64,000 bases of DNA, from positions 1 to 64,000 of the forward strand of contig NMRA01000587.1 of the NCBI GenBank assembly GCA_002633005.1. Reading direction: 5' to 3'. The notes beneath the pieces were generated by a model. The model saw only the letters and a list, made by a program, of their open reading frames with translations. It made no database searches and was not told the DNA's origin. This document shows, piece by piece, positions 49,101 through 59,100 of the stretch; position 1 is the first letter of the stretch; each line of letters begins with the position of its first letter. Origin of the DNA: Phoronis australis (taxonomy: Eukaryota > Animalia > Phoronida). The position numbers were made by a program, and so were the translations under genes.

Positions 49101-49244
49101 TCAGTGTTGGAGCAAAATACTGTTTCAAGGATCAAAACTTCGGCTGGTCAAATTACGCCAGCTCCTCAGAGAATAAGAAGGACATCAATTGAAGTGCAGG
49201 GAACCCACGTCAACATGGAATACACGTCCAAAGTTGTGTTGTGA
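46149..49244 (+). CDS. ~1031-aa basic, Thr/Ser-rich predicted disordered protein, single coding exon, unknown function
   Basis: 3.1-kb ORF (open from 46104, first ATG 46149); TQT motifs (SCGTQTT, SETQTA) and RVxF-type KKVSF; ATTAAA near 49363. Confidence 0.85.
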   Translation: MIKRKPRSKITQIKLTHVVPSKDHFVVSLSKAFLSDENAFKPIFRVQDCPAKTHSISSTKPTMARKKTITTKITETSSCGTQTTVDDFEAFQTASHLRALRLIKGQTVQIHRRNKSASVLQKQQNQNPAVPRRSRTAVVDSRAIGTDSVCEGVLCEEGHSSTMTRDRPKDISYNNNSRYDSDNKSKTPAQPIWKTQKENAAVDERLGTTRQTISKTVNQSKIKASLNQSNSIKPNAYTIGRTQHFHTQNTSYGPPSVTTAPALRRGFVRGNVTETKASALPAKENATLQDVIEELLSKPQAAPIKSWQPPRKRNVPAANSFSTKQVHVTPPAGKAPPSKPYIHSEFREVSHFEHPPRKRSDSDGTDIEDELPHQLSTQASLDPADVLLVEQLSIVTDSDRTGSSISAGISSGVQEVSRSILAKRKKPSKRKKVSFNAKLVSNATDKNLITHTKDTESETQTADGVESTELEYEDAVTLKVEKLPLGSPERKMILANYLHNDLLVENVDAIPDSHDRDKVVSITSPIKKYHADIYLDLSHDIAPATPQIQNDDVPKSKGFVKRRDTEREGTALQPAQVMIQATNSTTVWPISRDLHKSEQSITGSLQPNLSLCQTHSDRSLEQAIIKGSKMAFTEKIASTPPPTVRPASNKKPLIRTSGKSECKTITSDDDTTVKSTGTRRTGLRPRSKTSAPKKKRKKTKLKHFMTPVKLAAPFPLPMPESYVDPSKPVTTMKEEFHLEDQIKKVKNRKYWNPTIALMLNKEQTDEEVNNNAEASHVAPNGIQLPTTAGLQEETQVEQRALPLHTFVPDKNGPREYLTTKPELNMTIDQLYHDVVEMEHQDKRHTFYINVKSGSLGNAAQRFEHGAKNEVIPVTKISFNKKLDKRHRSTIHRHEFDSPHALSLTGSHQDHHRIVPYQENTILNQVQILQSLLQRDEEHQQALSKIDQQRQLTPSRRRLETSKRPDQSRISFAALNHRKSVTNNSSVLEQNTVSRIKTSAGQITPAPQRIRRTSIEVQGTHVNMEYTSKVVL

Positions 49245-51771
49245 CTTAGATGCATGTTGGTTTCATAAATACACCAATTCAAAATTCAGTAATAGAACAA
49301 GTCTTTAATATAAAATAGTTTCAATGTGCAAATACCACACTTGACACAATTTGCTATTCTTTATTAAAGCGCGTGAGAATTACGGCTAAGTCAAAACGAA
49401 GATCCTATAGTGACAAATTTCTTACGTGTTTGAATTGTGATTACGTCATTTCCGCTCGCCAGTTACATCTAAGGCGACAGGAGACATCAAGGGTAGGTTA
49501 AAATAAAACCATTTTCATGAATTCAATTGTGTTGTGAATGTTAGCCCTTTTCTTTAAAAACAAAACGTATACTGTTAATGAACGTTATAGTGATGGTAAA
49601 ACTCAAGAGCCTATGAATAATACTAGTGCTAACGTAACAAAGAAAAGTAAATGCCAATGCGTTATATGCAAGTAGTTAAAGATTATGTCTGACATGATTC
49701 TCACAAACACTGGGAATTATAAATAAGAATTATCAGTCTTCAAAAACGCCATAAGTTAAAGAGGCATGCAACGCGAAAGCTCGTTAAAATATCTTTTAAA
49801 TGTTTCCTGACGAAAGTCCCATCTCGCAACGTCTAGTACAAAGTAATTCACTCTCCCCTGTGAGGAAATGTCCAGAAAAAAATCCCAAAATTCACAATCT
49901 TTGAAATATGCGCGAAGGAAAAACTCTGTCGTTACCACAGAGTTTCTAAGCTCCCTCTCACTTATGATAAATGCGCTCATGCGTGCACAGCCAGTTGCTT
50001 GAAGTGACTTTAGTTCAAAGATCACATTTTCTATATAAGCGAATTGTGCTACGCTATACCAATTAAGGAGACGTGCTTCGCCTTGTGAGAGAAAAATCGA
50101 CAATTGTTGTTTTGAAATTTGAAACAAAAAGAAAATGCCTTGATATTAACAGAAATTAAAAAAAATCACGAACAAACCCTAAAAATACCTGGTGAGCAGG
50201 TTGAATTCTGTTTCAGGGGCATAGAACCACTTTCAATGTTGCAATTTAGTCTGTTTATCGCGTTCCAGGCCTCTTTAACTATAGCTCACGTAATTTGGCC
50301 ACCATATGGCGTGTATGAAGACCAACAATTCTTAAGCGAAGATTTGTAGCAACACAGCTAAACAGATTTACAGAAATGGATTTTTGTAAGGAGGGTTAGC
50401 TGGAAGTATAACTGGTCTTGGCGTGGATTTCATGAAAACTTGGCGCCTTGTTTAGGATTCGATATTAACCGACAGCATCGTCATCTCGCGTTATTAGGTT
50501 CTTATGGGGAAAACGTCGAGTTTCTGACAAATATGAATATGTTAGAAATGGTATAATTGCAATCTTTTGACATTCCAGTTGATCTTTCTAGAAAATGACT
50601 TTAACATGCATTTACTGTATCTCCCTTCGACTTAAAAGTTAGGGAAAGCAATTGAATTTGTTTTGCTTTCTTATTTAAGATTGTGGAGGAGACTTTAGAG
50701 TAGTGAATGGCACATGAGGTTAGAACTTTGAATGATAGAATAGAATGCATACATTTTCTTATTCCGTTCTATAAGTAAAGATTTCTCATTGCACGTGCTC
50801 CAAGAAAATCATGTGTTAACACAGCTCAGACCAGTCCACTAGCTGACTGAATCTTAACCTCTACACATTCTGTGTATAATTTTGCTCCTGAATTCAACAA
50901 TCTATTGTTGTGTAACGCACCCGTCTCGGTGTGCAGAGAATTACTAGTTCAATTGTAACACACCCATTCGACTTTCTTGATGTCAGTGTCTTTCACAGCA
51001 TGACACTTACAGTAAAGAAACTTCCGGAGACTTTTTGGCTAAACAATCTGATAAGTTGGAATCCAATAAACGAAAGAGATTGGTTCCGAGGATTTGTATT
51101 GGGTTTCATTGTTTAAGAGGATTTATGAGTCTTTTCACCGTATATTTGCGTATTTAAGTGAAAAAAAACAAGAAACGAAACTGCACCTATTGGCTCATAC
51201 GTCCATATGTAAAAGTATACCTGGTAAATTTGACTGCTTCAAAATAGAAGAAATCGAAAATAGGAAAACAAAACACACTAACACCTGTTTGTTGCATGTA
51301 CATGTACTATGAATGTACACATGCGCCTCTGTGAAAAAAAATGAACAAAATTCTTTGCTGAATTTTTCGGAGATAGGCGCATTAGCTGAAATATGCGTAT
51401 ACATGGCATCTTAGAAAACTTGTCGAAGACACTGGGTATGTGGTGCGCACCCAAAACACAAACAAGTCTAAATAAATTTAAAATACATAGTATAAGGTCC
51501 TTCTCCCTCTCTCGTTTTATATGTTTTTGTATTACTTCCACCCCACCTCCATCAGAAACAGGTTAGTCGCATGCTGTTGCTATAAAAATATTTGACGGAT
51601 GTTGAATAACCGAATATTTGTTTAGACCACAGGCAACAAGATCGCCGTGAGTCAGGCAACGATACCAACTACCCCATTGAAGAAAGACCACAGCGTTGGA
51701 CGCACCGCTATAGTCGTACCGAAAGTCGTCGAAAGAACTCGCAAGGAGACCAGGGCTTGAAGAACGCTGGG

Positions 51772-54700
51772 ATGTCTCTCGCGGGACTTGTGCGCAAGCA
51801 GTTTTCTGCTGGACACCAGTTAGGTCGTAAGTTTGTAAGTACAGTATCAGAAAGTGTTACTGAAAGCAGCAAACTGGCTATTTCATCCACGAAAGAAGCC
51901 ATTGTGACGCCCTGTATACGCTGCTGGAAATTTCACGATGAGTCGGGAAACTTGATCTGCATGCGCTGTGATCGAGCAATAACGGCGGAACAGCTGAGAA
52001 AATTACCCTTTCACAAGCGATTCCTGCCTTTCTTCAGACACGACACGATGCCGGCTCCTCCAATGCATGGATCACCAAAAATCGGCACAGTTTCTATTAG
52101 AGTTCCAGATCCATTATCTCTGTGCGCGAAGAACGACTGCCCTTTCTACGGTCCCAAACTGATGGAATTGCTTGTCGGCAAAGCTATACCCGAGATTGAC
52201 CAAACCAAGCAAGTTCCTGCAATAGTGTGCCAGCAGCTTCAAAATCGTAAGACAATGAAAGTTTTTAATCGGCATTTGAATGCAAAACCTGAAGTAAAGC
52301 CTTTAGAGAGTGAACCAGTAACTACAGATTGTAAATATAAAGGCGTATACCCGTGCGAAGTTTGTGATGGAACGAAGGGCTTCACAAAAGCAGAAACCAC
52401 TCAGGCACAATGTGTGCACAAAGGCAAATGGCCCTGTGAAATTTGCGATAAACCAGCTGAAAGTGGAACAGTCCCGGAAAGAGTCCTTGTTCAACAAAAA
52501 GTTGAAGTAACCAATACAGTGGATTGTAGCTTAAAAGGCAAGGTACCGTGCAAAATATGCGACGGGACACACGAATCTGTAACTGCCGGTAAGAGCGGGG
52601 ACCACTGTCCAAAGTTTGGTGTGTGTCCATATGAACAGCAGCGTAACAACAAATCTCTTGGACCGATAAAGGAGGCGACCAAACTGAAACAAAAATCTGC
52701 GACTTCACCTCCATCTAAACCCACCGTTGTGAAAAGTCCAAAACAGCCTGCGGCAAATGCTCCACAGCCCAACGAGAGGCAGGCTATCGGAGATTCGTCA
52801 AGAAAAGAGATCCCTAAAGGAATAACTGAGATAAAGCGACCAGTTCCTCCATCAGTTGGTGAGGTAGGGGGTACAACTGCTAAACCTCAAGAAAGTAATG
52901 AAATCCATGTTTCAGTTCGAACAGACTATTTGTCGAAAAGTTCAAGAGGCGAAACAGTGAAGCCGAAAACTAAAACAGTCGTGAAAACGGGAACTCTGGA
53001 ATCAAAACAAGAATTCGAAATAAAAACCGTTCTTTCAGCGAAAGACTCCGCTACGACAACAGACACAAATGCGAAAGAAATAACAACGAAAGTAAATTTG
53101 CGGTTAGCTGAAGAAAACAGAAACCAATCCGCGATTCTGCACACCGAGTCCAAACCAGCAAAGTTAAATTTGCCAAAAGGTAAAAGTGAAGCAACCTTAT
53201 CTAACACTAAAGATAACGTAAACAAATTACCGAAGAAAAGTACCTCTGGTTTTTTATCTGCTATTAAGAAACCGTTTTCCTTCAAAGCTAAAAGAAGCGG
53301 TAAGGAAAAGAAAACGGAGGTTCCTCCGCCAACAGAACTTAATGCGCCGATTTCTAAGACAGATGGTGGGCAACTCGGGAAGCAAGATAATTCAGCAAAT
53401 GCTGAAAAACATAAAAATAAAACAGAACGAAAACCAGAGAGAAAGCAAGCGTCAAAAGATGAAGCTCATGCAGTGAAAAACAAAAGCGTATCACATGAGG
53501 TGTCCACTGATCCAAATCCTTTCACATATCCTGTGGTGTTCGAAACGGCAAAAAGAGCTACAAAGCAATCTCAGCCTACAAATAAGATTCCAGAAGCGCA
53601 GAAATCCTCGACTGTGAAGTCGCCTGAGCTCATGGCTGCTCAAGAACAGATGCTGTGTCCACGTTGTAAACAGGAAATTGACAAGCAGACGACACCTGGT
53701 GTGAAACAAGAAACTACACCAAGAGAGAAACCCAAACCCGCCAATGAAGAAGCCAAACTATCCAATGCGGCAATACTTCCTAAATCTGATCAGCGTGTTT
53801 GCAAGAAGTGCAATCAAAAGATATGGAAGGAAAGCGAAGAACCATCAACAAAGCGTGGGACACAGACCGTTAAGCAGGAAGTCAAACCTACTGTAAAAGG
53901 AGATTCGACAATAGTTAAAAACGAAGAAAAAACATCGACTTCTCCGGCAGAACCGTTTTTGAAGGAGAAAGAAGCAAAGTTAGATAAAGGAAGCTCCAAG
54001 ACGAATGTGACGAAGAATGAAGCGGAAAAGAGTTTAGGTACAAAAATCAAGAATAAAGAAAAACAAAAGCATCCAAAATCAGTTAAAAAACCAAAAGAGC
54101 CTTTAAAGCAAGATCCATTGAAGTCAGATCTTAAAGTTGCAGCTCCTCATGGTAAAGAGATGAAAAGAAAATCTGTAGAGACAGTCGACAAAACAAAACC
54201 TAAGAATGACAAGTCAAAACCGCAGGTTTTCAAAGAACCATTATCTACTAAGTCGGAAATGAGCAAAGAACAGAACATTGTCGAAAAGCATGCGCATAAA
54301 AAAATTGACAACCAAGCATTAAGAACGTCTGAGACAAAACGAGAGGCTGCCGTATTTAATAAAATTCAGGAATCAACAAATAAGATGTCTATTACCAAGC
54401 CTGGCATTTCTGGACAAGTTAATTCTAAAAATGAAACTGCTACCAAACCTGAAGAGTGGAAAGACAAGGGGAGAGGTCCGCGGGAAGAAAACAGAACAAT
54501 GAAAATAAACCTGGAGCCAGGAACAAAGCCAGATGCCGAATGTAAAAAAAAAAGTGTCTTGCCGTGTGAACCATGTGATAGCGCGATAAAACAATCGAGT
54601 GGGAAAACTCGCGTTGAGACTAAAGAAGCAACGTCCAATAAAACACAGGCGGGTACTATAAAAGAAGACAAGCAAAAGACAAGACTTTCGCAATCTAGCC

Positions 54701-57700
54701 TCACATCCGAAAAACCAAAAATTACAGATACACAAGCAAAACCCTTATCAACACCAGAAGGCGCAGCTGTAACGAAAGTTGGAGAAATTGTAATACAAAA
54801 GAAAGTCGATAGCGCTCCAAAAGAGACTTCGACCCCTGCACTTCAACCATTTAATGACACGGCATCTAAAAAGCATGATCCTATGAAGTCTAGTAAGCCG
54901 TTAGAAGGCAAATTGAAAAAGAAAGCATCAAACAGCTCACTTGCAGTTTCCAAAGAAGGCACGGAAGGCGCAGAACAGGGGACACTTAAAGGTAAACCCG
55001 TTGAATCTTGTGAAAGATGTGAAAAACCGCTGCAGAAGTTAGCAGCGAAAAAAGACAAGGAAGCAAAGTCATCAGCCTCCTCAACCGATATTAAATTGTC
55101 GACTGAAACGAACAATACACTCCAAAGGAGTAAATCTTTTACTGGATTGACGACCTCAAAAGCAGAACAGGTAATGCAGAAAAATAAACAAGATGAGTCA
55201 AAGCCAGCAAAAAGAGAGAGTGTGTTTGAAAAGAAACCAAAATCTACACCTGTGAAATCTGAGCAAGCAGTAGTGAAAGACTCGAACTTAACAGAGGTGA
55301 ACAAAGATTCTAAGCCCTCGCCACAAACTGTGGCGAGAATACCTAAACTAGAGTTTCCAAGACTAGCTCAAGTGACAGAGTTTGCAAAACAAGCAGATGC
55401 CAGAGCATCTGGAGGAAGTAAGCCACCTGCAAAAGACGAGTTTGAAGTCAATGTCAGGCTATCATCCGACGTAACTTCAGAAACTGGAAAAACACAAACT
55501 GAGATAATAAAATCCGAGCGAATAACACCCGAAAAGCAAGTCGACCTTCAGACTAGTGTGACGACCAAGGAAAGTGACGTGGTAACTAAGGTGAAAGTCA
55601 GCATCGAACCGAATAAAGATGGCGGCACGAGTCAAGGCAGTCCACAAGTTGACGCAAAGTCCACTACTGATGAATTTGAGCAGACTGCAATGCAACAACT
55701 TGATAAGGCCATTCCTTGCAAAGTGAATAAATTTTCGCCAGGGTACACAGAGGTAAAAATTGCGGAATCGCGACGCACAACATTAACTGAACATACAAAA
55801 TCTGACGCTGTGGGCACCAAATCCCCAACTGATGGAACATCCGGTTCTTCAGTTGCAAAAGGCATCAAATCTGACCAAATTTCTATTGGTCAAACAGCCA
55901 AGTCACAAACGGAAACACTTGTACCCAGTAAACCCGACAGGCTCACTCCTGGATTAAGGGGTGTGAATATGGCAGAAACGGAAATTGTACCAAGCGACAA
56001 ATCAGTTACTGCGACCATTGGTCAAAAGGCTCAACAGCAGTCAAATGTTTTAATACCAAGCAAAGCTAGTTCTGTGGCGCCTGGATTCAGGGATGTTAAA
56101 ATGGCCGAAAGCAAAAGAAGTTCTACTGATTCGAACATTGGGCAAAAAGGACTTCTTCAAACAAACACGTTAATTCCGAGTAGAATCGACACAATCACGC
56201 CCGCATTTAGAGACGTCAAAATAGCTGAATCAAAACTGCACAAGGCAGAGCCGGACAAGCCGGGAAGCAAACCAAAAGAACTAATGAACGAAGGGAAAAA
56301 GGAGCACCATCAAAAACAAACGAAAAGTCCTCCTTCCAAAACAAGAACTTTACACGGAATTTCGGAGGTCACAACTGCACAACAAAGGGCTGCAAAAATG
56401 GCTAACGAGCCGCAAGCGCCTTGGCCAACTTTAACAGATATCGCTAGTTACGTGAAAAAGACCTCCGCCAAACCGGAAACAAAAATCGCACCCCAACAGC
56501 AAAAGTCCGATGCTATAAAGAAACCTATGGAAAAACCTCCCGTCTCTGCACCTAAGCAAACTGCCCCTGCAAAAACTGCTACTGCTGGGAAAGATATGCA
56601 AAAAGAGCCAAAGAACATAGCAAAGGGCGCTGGTTCTTCTGTGTCAAAAGCACAAGGAATAGTTTCTGATGGAAAAAAAGTAAATTTCAAGCAAACTTCT
56701 GTGAACAAGTCGGCTCCACAGATAGGTGAGAAAAAGCCACTAGTCAAATCACCAACAAAAACTGGAACATCGTCAACTCCCGGTAAGGTGAACGCTGAAG
56801 GGGGGAAGATTTCTACACTGGGTAAAGAAAATACCATGGCGGATGTTCCAAAACCAGTAAAGCAAACCAAACCACCAAAGATCATCGCGCCACCGGAAGG
56901 GAAACAACTCAACAAATCAAAAAACGCCTCGCCATCAAGGACAAAATCCAGTGCCTTTAAGAAACCCGAAAATGTTAAGTTAATGAAAAACGAGGAGTGT
57001 TTGTCAGAGACAAAAGTCTTGAAATCAAAGGTTGCAGCGCCACCACAGGTGTGTAGCAACACCGACTATGTTAAAGTTCCTGTAGGAATAAAAGAAGTTG
57101 CAGCACCCCCTGGTGGACTCGGGGACAAAAATGCAATTGCGGCTAACAAAATTGAAAAATCAGTCTTTCAAGATAAGACTGGGGAGGATAATTTTTTTTC
57201 AAAAAGTAAGACTCAAGAAACCATGCAGAGCGAAAAAGCAAAGCCTCCAACATTGGACCCGCAAACCAAAACCAACATTAAAAAGGAAGCACCACGTGCA
57301 ACATACGCTATTCCCGGAAAACAAAACATATCGAATACAAAAGAAGATGGACTTGCAACGGTTGTAAAACCCACAAAGATTGACATGACTCTAAAAACGA
57401 ATGTGAAAGATATGAAGCCAACCTTCCCAAAGAAAGACAGTCCGGTTATTATTTCTAAAACATGTGTTAAAGCGGGAGAGATAAGTCCGTCAAAAAGCCT
57501 GGAACTGAAAACAGTTTTGAAATCGAGTGACACAGCTCACCAAGGAAGTGACGAAATAGTGACTAGAGTCAATGTGAGTATGCCGCAAAATTCGGGAATA
57601 CCCGCTCAGAACATAATTTTACCAAAGAAGCCTGGTGACGTCGAGTCTCCGTTCCAACTAGTCAACAACCGCTTAAGGAAAGGGGTGGCGTCAACTCTTT

Positions 57701-58995
57701 CGGAACCAAGAATGGCGAACTTCCACAAACCAAACAAAATACCTCAGCAGCAAACTTCGAACCAGTTAAATGAAACAAAAACAACCACATTACTGGAAAA
57801 TAAATCTAAGTCGATTGAATCAAAGCAAAGTGCTGTAAATGAAGAACCCAAACAAGCTCCCAAAGAGTCTTTAACTACAAAAGCAATACCTGAATCAAAA
57901 GCAGAAACTACAACCAACACAGCGGTAACGGAATGTGAGTGTGCGTTAGGGGGAAAAGTACCTTGCCCTCATTGTACAAACAAAGACTCTACGAAGAGAA
58001 TGGGCTACACGAAAGGACCGCTCACCTTCAAACCAACTGAGGTGTCTGACGCTAAAACGGACTCTAAACAAACCCCGGACAACCCGAAGACAGCATCATG
58101 TGCCCTTCAGGGTAAAAATCCATGTGATGTATGCGGTGACCCGGTATCTGCGAGTAAAGTCCCGTCTGCAAGCACACCGAAGGCAGAGGCACTCCCAAAA
58201 GGACCCGAGAGATACATTAAGGCATCTCAGTTACCAGAGGATGTGAAGGGGACGCTACCACAAGTTGTCACGTGTCCAAAGTGCATACGAAATGTTGAAG
58301 TAAGCATAGACTCTCTCTCACAGAAAATAAAAATCAAACCTCTAGAGTTCACAGAAATGGAAAGCGCGCAGAAATCAGACAGAGTTACGGTCCGCTGTAA
58401 AGACTGCAATCAAGAGGTGCTCATTTCTGTTGAAGAGAGTTCCACCAAGCCGACCGCACCAGGCATTGGAGGTGTTTCAAAACCGACGAAGACTGGGTCA
58501 ACCAATCCAGCTTCTGAGCCACCTAAGAAACAAACTCAAATAGACTCAGTGCTCAAACCACCTGGTACGAACAAGTCGAAACCCGTTAACACAGCCGTCA
58601 CACACCCACTAAAGGCAGAAGCGGTTAAGTTGGAAAAAGTCGATAAGGGGGAGACAAAACAAGTTCGTCAGGTAAGTTTGGAATCCGCCCTGAAATCGGC
58701 TGGACAGAAGAAGATTTCGAAAGGTAACGACAACAAACTATCGAAAACTCAAAGCACACCAAATATTCGCAAAGGTCAAGTCGGGGTCAAATCTGACAAG
58801 GCGTCTAGTGGTTCTAAGAGGACGTCGGCTACAAACCGTGGAGTAGTAATACCAATGGAAAAGGCAAAATCGGCGCCACGTTTGCCAAAAACATGCATCT
58901 GCTCCAAATGTGGTCAACCCTTTGAGCCATATCGACAACAAGGCATTGTTCCGGGACTAGACGTCAAAACATGCCAGTGTCCAACGTGTCCATAA
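51772..58995 (+). CDS. ~2407-aa Lys/Thr/Ser/Pro-rich protein with repeated Cys motifs, unknown function
   Basis: 7.2-kb ORF with first ATG at 51772 (frame open from 51610, acceptor at 51624-51625, so upstream exons are possible). Six C-x7-C-x2-C motifs, several CxxC pairs, ends CQCPTCP*. Confidence 0.9.
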   Translation: MSLAGLVRKQFSAGHQLGRKFVSTVSESVTESSKLAISSTKEAIVTPCIRCWKFHDESGNLICMRCDRAITAEQLRKLPFHKRFLPFFRHDTMPAPPMHGSPKIGTVSIRVPDPLSLCAKNDCPFYGPKLMELLVGKAIPEIDQTKQVPAIVCQQLQNRKTMKVFNRHLNAKPEVKPLESEPVTTDCKYKGVYPCEVCDGTKGFTKAETTQAQCVHKGKWPCEICDKPAESGTVPERVLVQQKVEVTNTVDCSLKGKVPCKICDGTHESVTAGKSGDHCPKFGVCPYEQQRNNKSLGPIKEATKLKQKSATSPPSKPTVVKSPKQPAANAPQPNERQAIGDSSRKEIPKGITEIKRPVPPSVGEVGGTTAKPQESNEIHVSVRTDYLSKSSRGETVKPKTKTVVKTGTLESKQEFEIKTVLSAKDSATTTDTNAKEITTKVNLRLAEENRNQSAILHTESKPAKLNLPKGKSEATLSNTKDNVNKLPKKSTSGFLSAIKKPFSFKAKRSGKEKKTEVPPPTELNAPISKTDGGQLGKQDNSANAEKHKNKTERKPERKQASKDEAHAVKNKSVSHEVSTDPNPFTYPVVFETAKRATKQSQPTNKIPEAQKSSTVKSPELMAAQEQMLCPRCKQEIDKQTTPGVKQETTPREKPKPANEEAKLSNAAILPKSDQRVCKKCNQKIWKESEEPSTKRGTQTVKQEVKPTVKGDSTIVKNEEKTSTSPAEPFLKEKEAKLDKGSSKTNVTKNEAEKSLGTKIKNKEKQKHPKSVKKPKEPLKQDPLKSDLKVAAPHGKEMKRKSVETVDKTKPKNDKSKPQVFKEPLSTKSEMSKEQNIVEKHAHKKIDNQALRTSETKREAAVFNKIQESTNKMSITKPGISGQVNSKNETATKPEEWKDKGRGPREENRTMKINLEPGTKPDAECKKKSVLPCEPCDSAIKQSSGKTRVETKEATSNKTQAGTIKEDKQKTRLSQSSLTSEKPKITDTQAKPLSTPEGAAVTKVGEIVIQKKVDSAPKETSTPALQPFNDTASKKHDPMKSSKPLEGKLKKKASNSSLAVSKEGTEGAEQGTLKGKPVESCERCEKPLQKLAAKKDKEAKSSASSTDIKLSTETNNTLQRSKSFTGLTTSKAEQVMQKNKQDESKPAKRESVFEKKPKSTPVKSEQAVVKDSNLTEVNKDSKPSPQTVARIPKLEFPRLAQVTEFAKQADARASGGSKPPAKDEFEVNVRLSSDVTSETGKTQTEIIKSERITPEKQVDLQTSVTTKESDVVTKVKVSIEPNKDGGTSQGSPQVDAKSTTDEFEQTAMQQLDKAIPCKVNKFSPGYTEVKIAESRRTTLTEHTKSDAVGTKSPTDGTSGSSVAKGIKSDQISIGQTAKSQTETLVPSKPDRLTPGLRGVNMAETEIVPSDKSVTATIGQKAQQQSNVLIPSKASSVAPGFRDVKMAESKRSSTDSNIGQKGLLQTNTLIPSRIDTITPAFRDVKIAESKLHKAEPDKPGSKPKELMNEGKKEHHQKQTKSPPSKTRTLHGISEVTTAQQRAAKMANEPQAPWPTLTDIASYVKKTSAKPETKIAPQQQKSDAIKKPMEKPPVSAPKQTAPAKTATAGKDMQKEPKNIAKGAGSSVSKAQGIVSDGKKVNFKQTSVNKSAPQIGEKKPLVKSPTKTGTSSTPGKVNAEGGKISTLGKENTMADVPKPVKQTKPPKIIAPPEGKQLNKSKNASPSRTKSSAFKKPENVKLMKNEECLSETKVLKSKVAAPPQVCSNTDYVKVPVGIKEVAAPPGGLGDKNAIAANKIEKSVFQDKTGEDNFFSKSKTQETMQSEKAKPPTLDPQTKTNIKKEAPRATYAIPGKQNISNTKEDGLATVVKPTKIDMTLKTNVKDMKPTFPKKDSPVIISKTCVKAGEISPSKSLELKTVLKSSDTAHQGSDEIVTRVNVSMPQNSGIPAQNIILPKKPGDVESPFQLVNNRLRKGVASTLSEPRMANFHKPNKIPQQQTSNQLNETKTTTLLENKSKSIESKQSAVNEEPKQAPKESLTTKAIPESKAETTTNTAVTECECALGGKVPCPHCTNKDSTKRMGYTKGPLTFKPTEVSDAKTDSKQTPDNPKTASCALQGKNPCDVCGDPVSASKVPSASTPKAEALPKGPERYIKASQLPEDVKGTLPQVVTCPKCIRNVEVSIDSLSQKIKIKPLEFTEMESAQKSDRVTVRCKDCNQEVLISVEESSTKPTAPGIGGVSKPTKTGSTNPASEPPKKQTQIDSVLKPPGTNKSKPVNTAVTHPLKAEAVKLEKVDKGETKQVRQVSLESALKSAGQKKISKGNDNKLSKTQSTPNIRKGQVGVKSDKASSGSKRTSATNRGVVIPMEKAKSAPRLPKTCICSKCGQPFEPYRQQGIVPGLDVKTCQCPTCP

Positions 58996-59043
58996 ACTAG
59001 TCACGTGAGCAGGTCATGTCTACATTTGGAAACCTTCAAATAG

Positions 59044-59100
59044 CCAATGAGGAAGAAACTTTTTTTTAAGTCGATGACGTCACTCGATTGCTGAGTCATT
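59044..59100 (+). promoter_or_regulatory. Putative promoter of the 228-aa gene
   Basis: CCAAT 59044, CRE TGACGTCA 59075-59082, TGAGTCA 59092-59098 overlapping Inr-like TCATT; followed by a candidate 5' UTR intron (~59157/59161-59283, branch ctaat 59263). Confidence 0.5.

Noticed and set aside
31731-58941. Many 60-200-aa antisense and alternate-frame ORFs within the giant ORFs
   Set aside because: Expected shadows of long, compositionally biased coding sequence; no independent signals.
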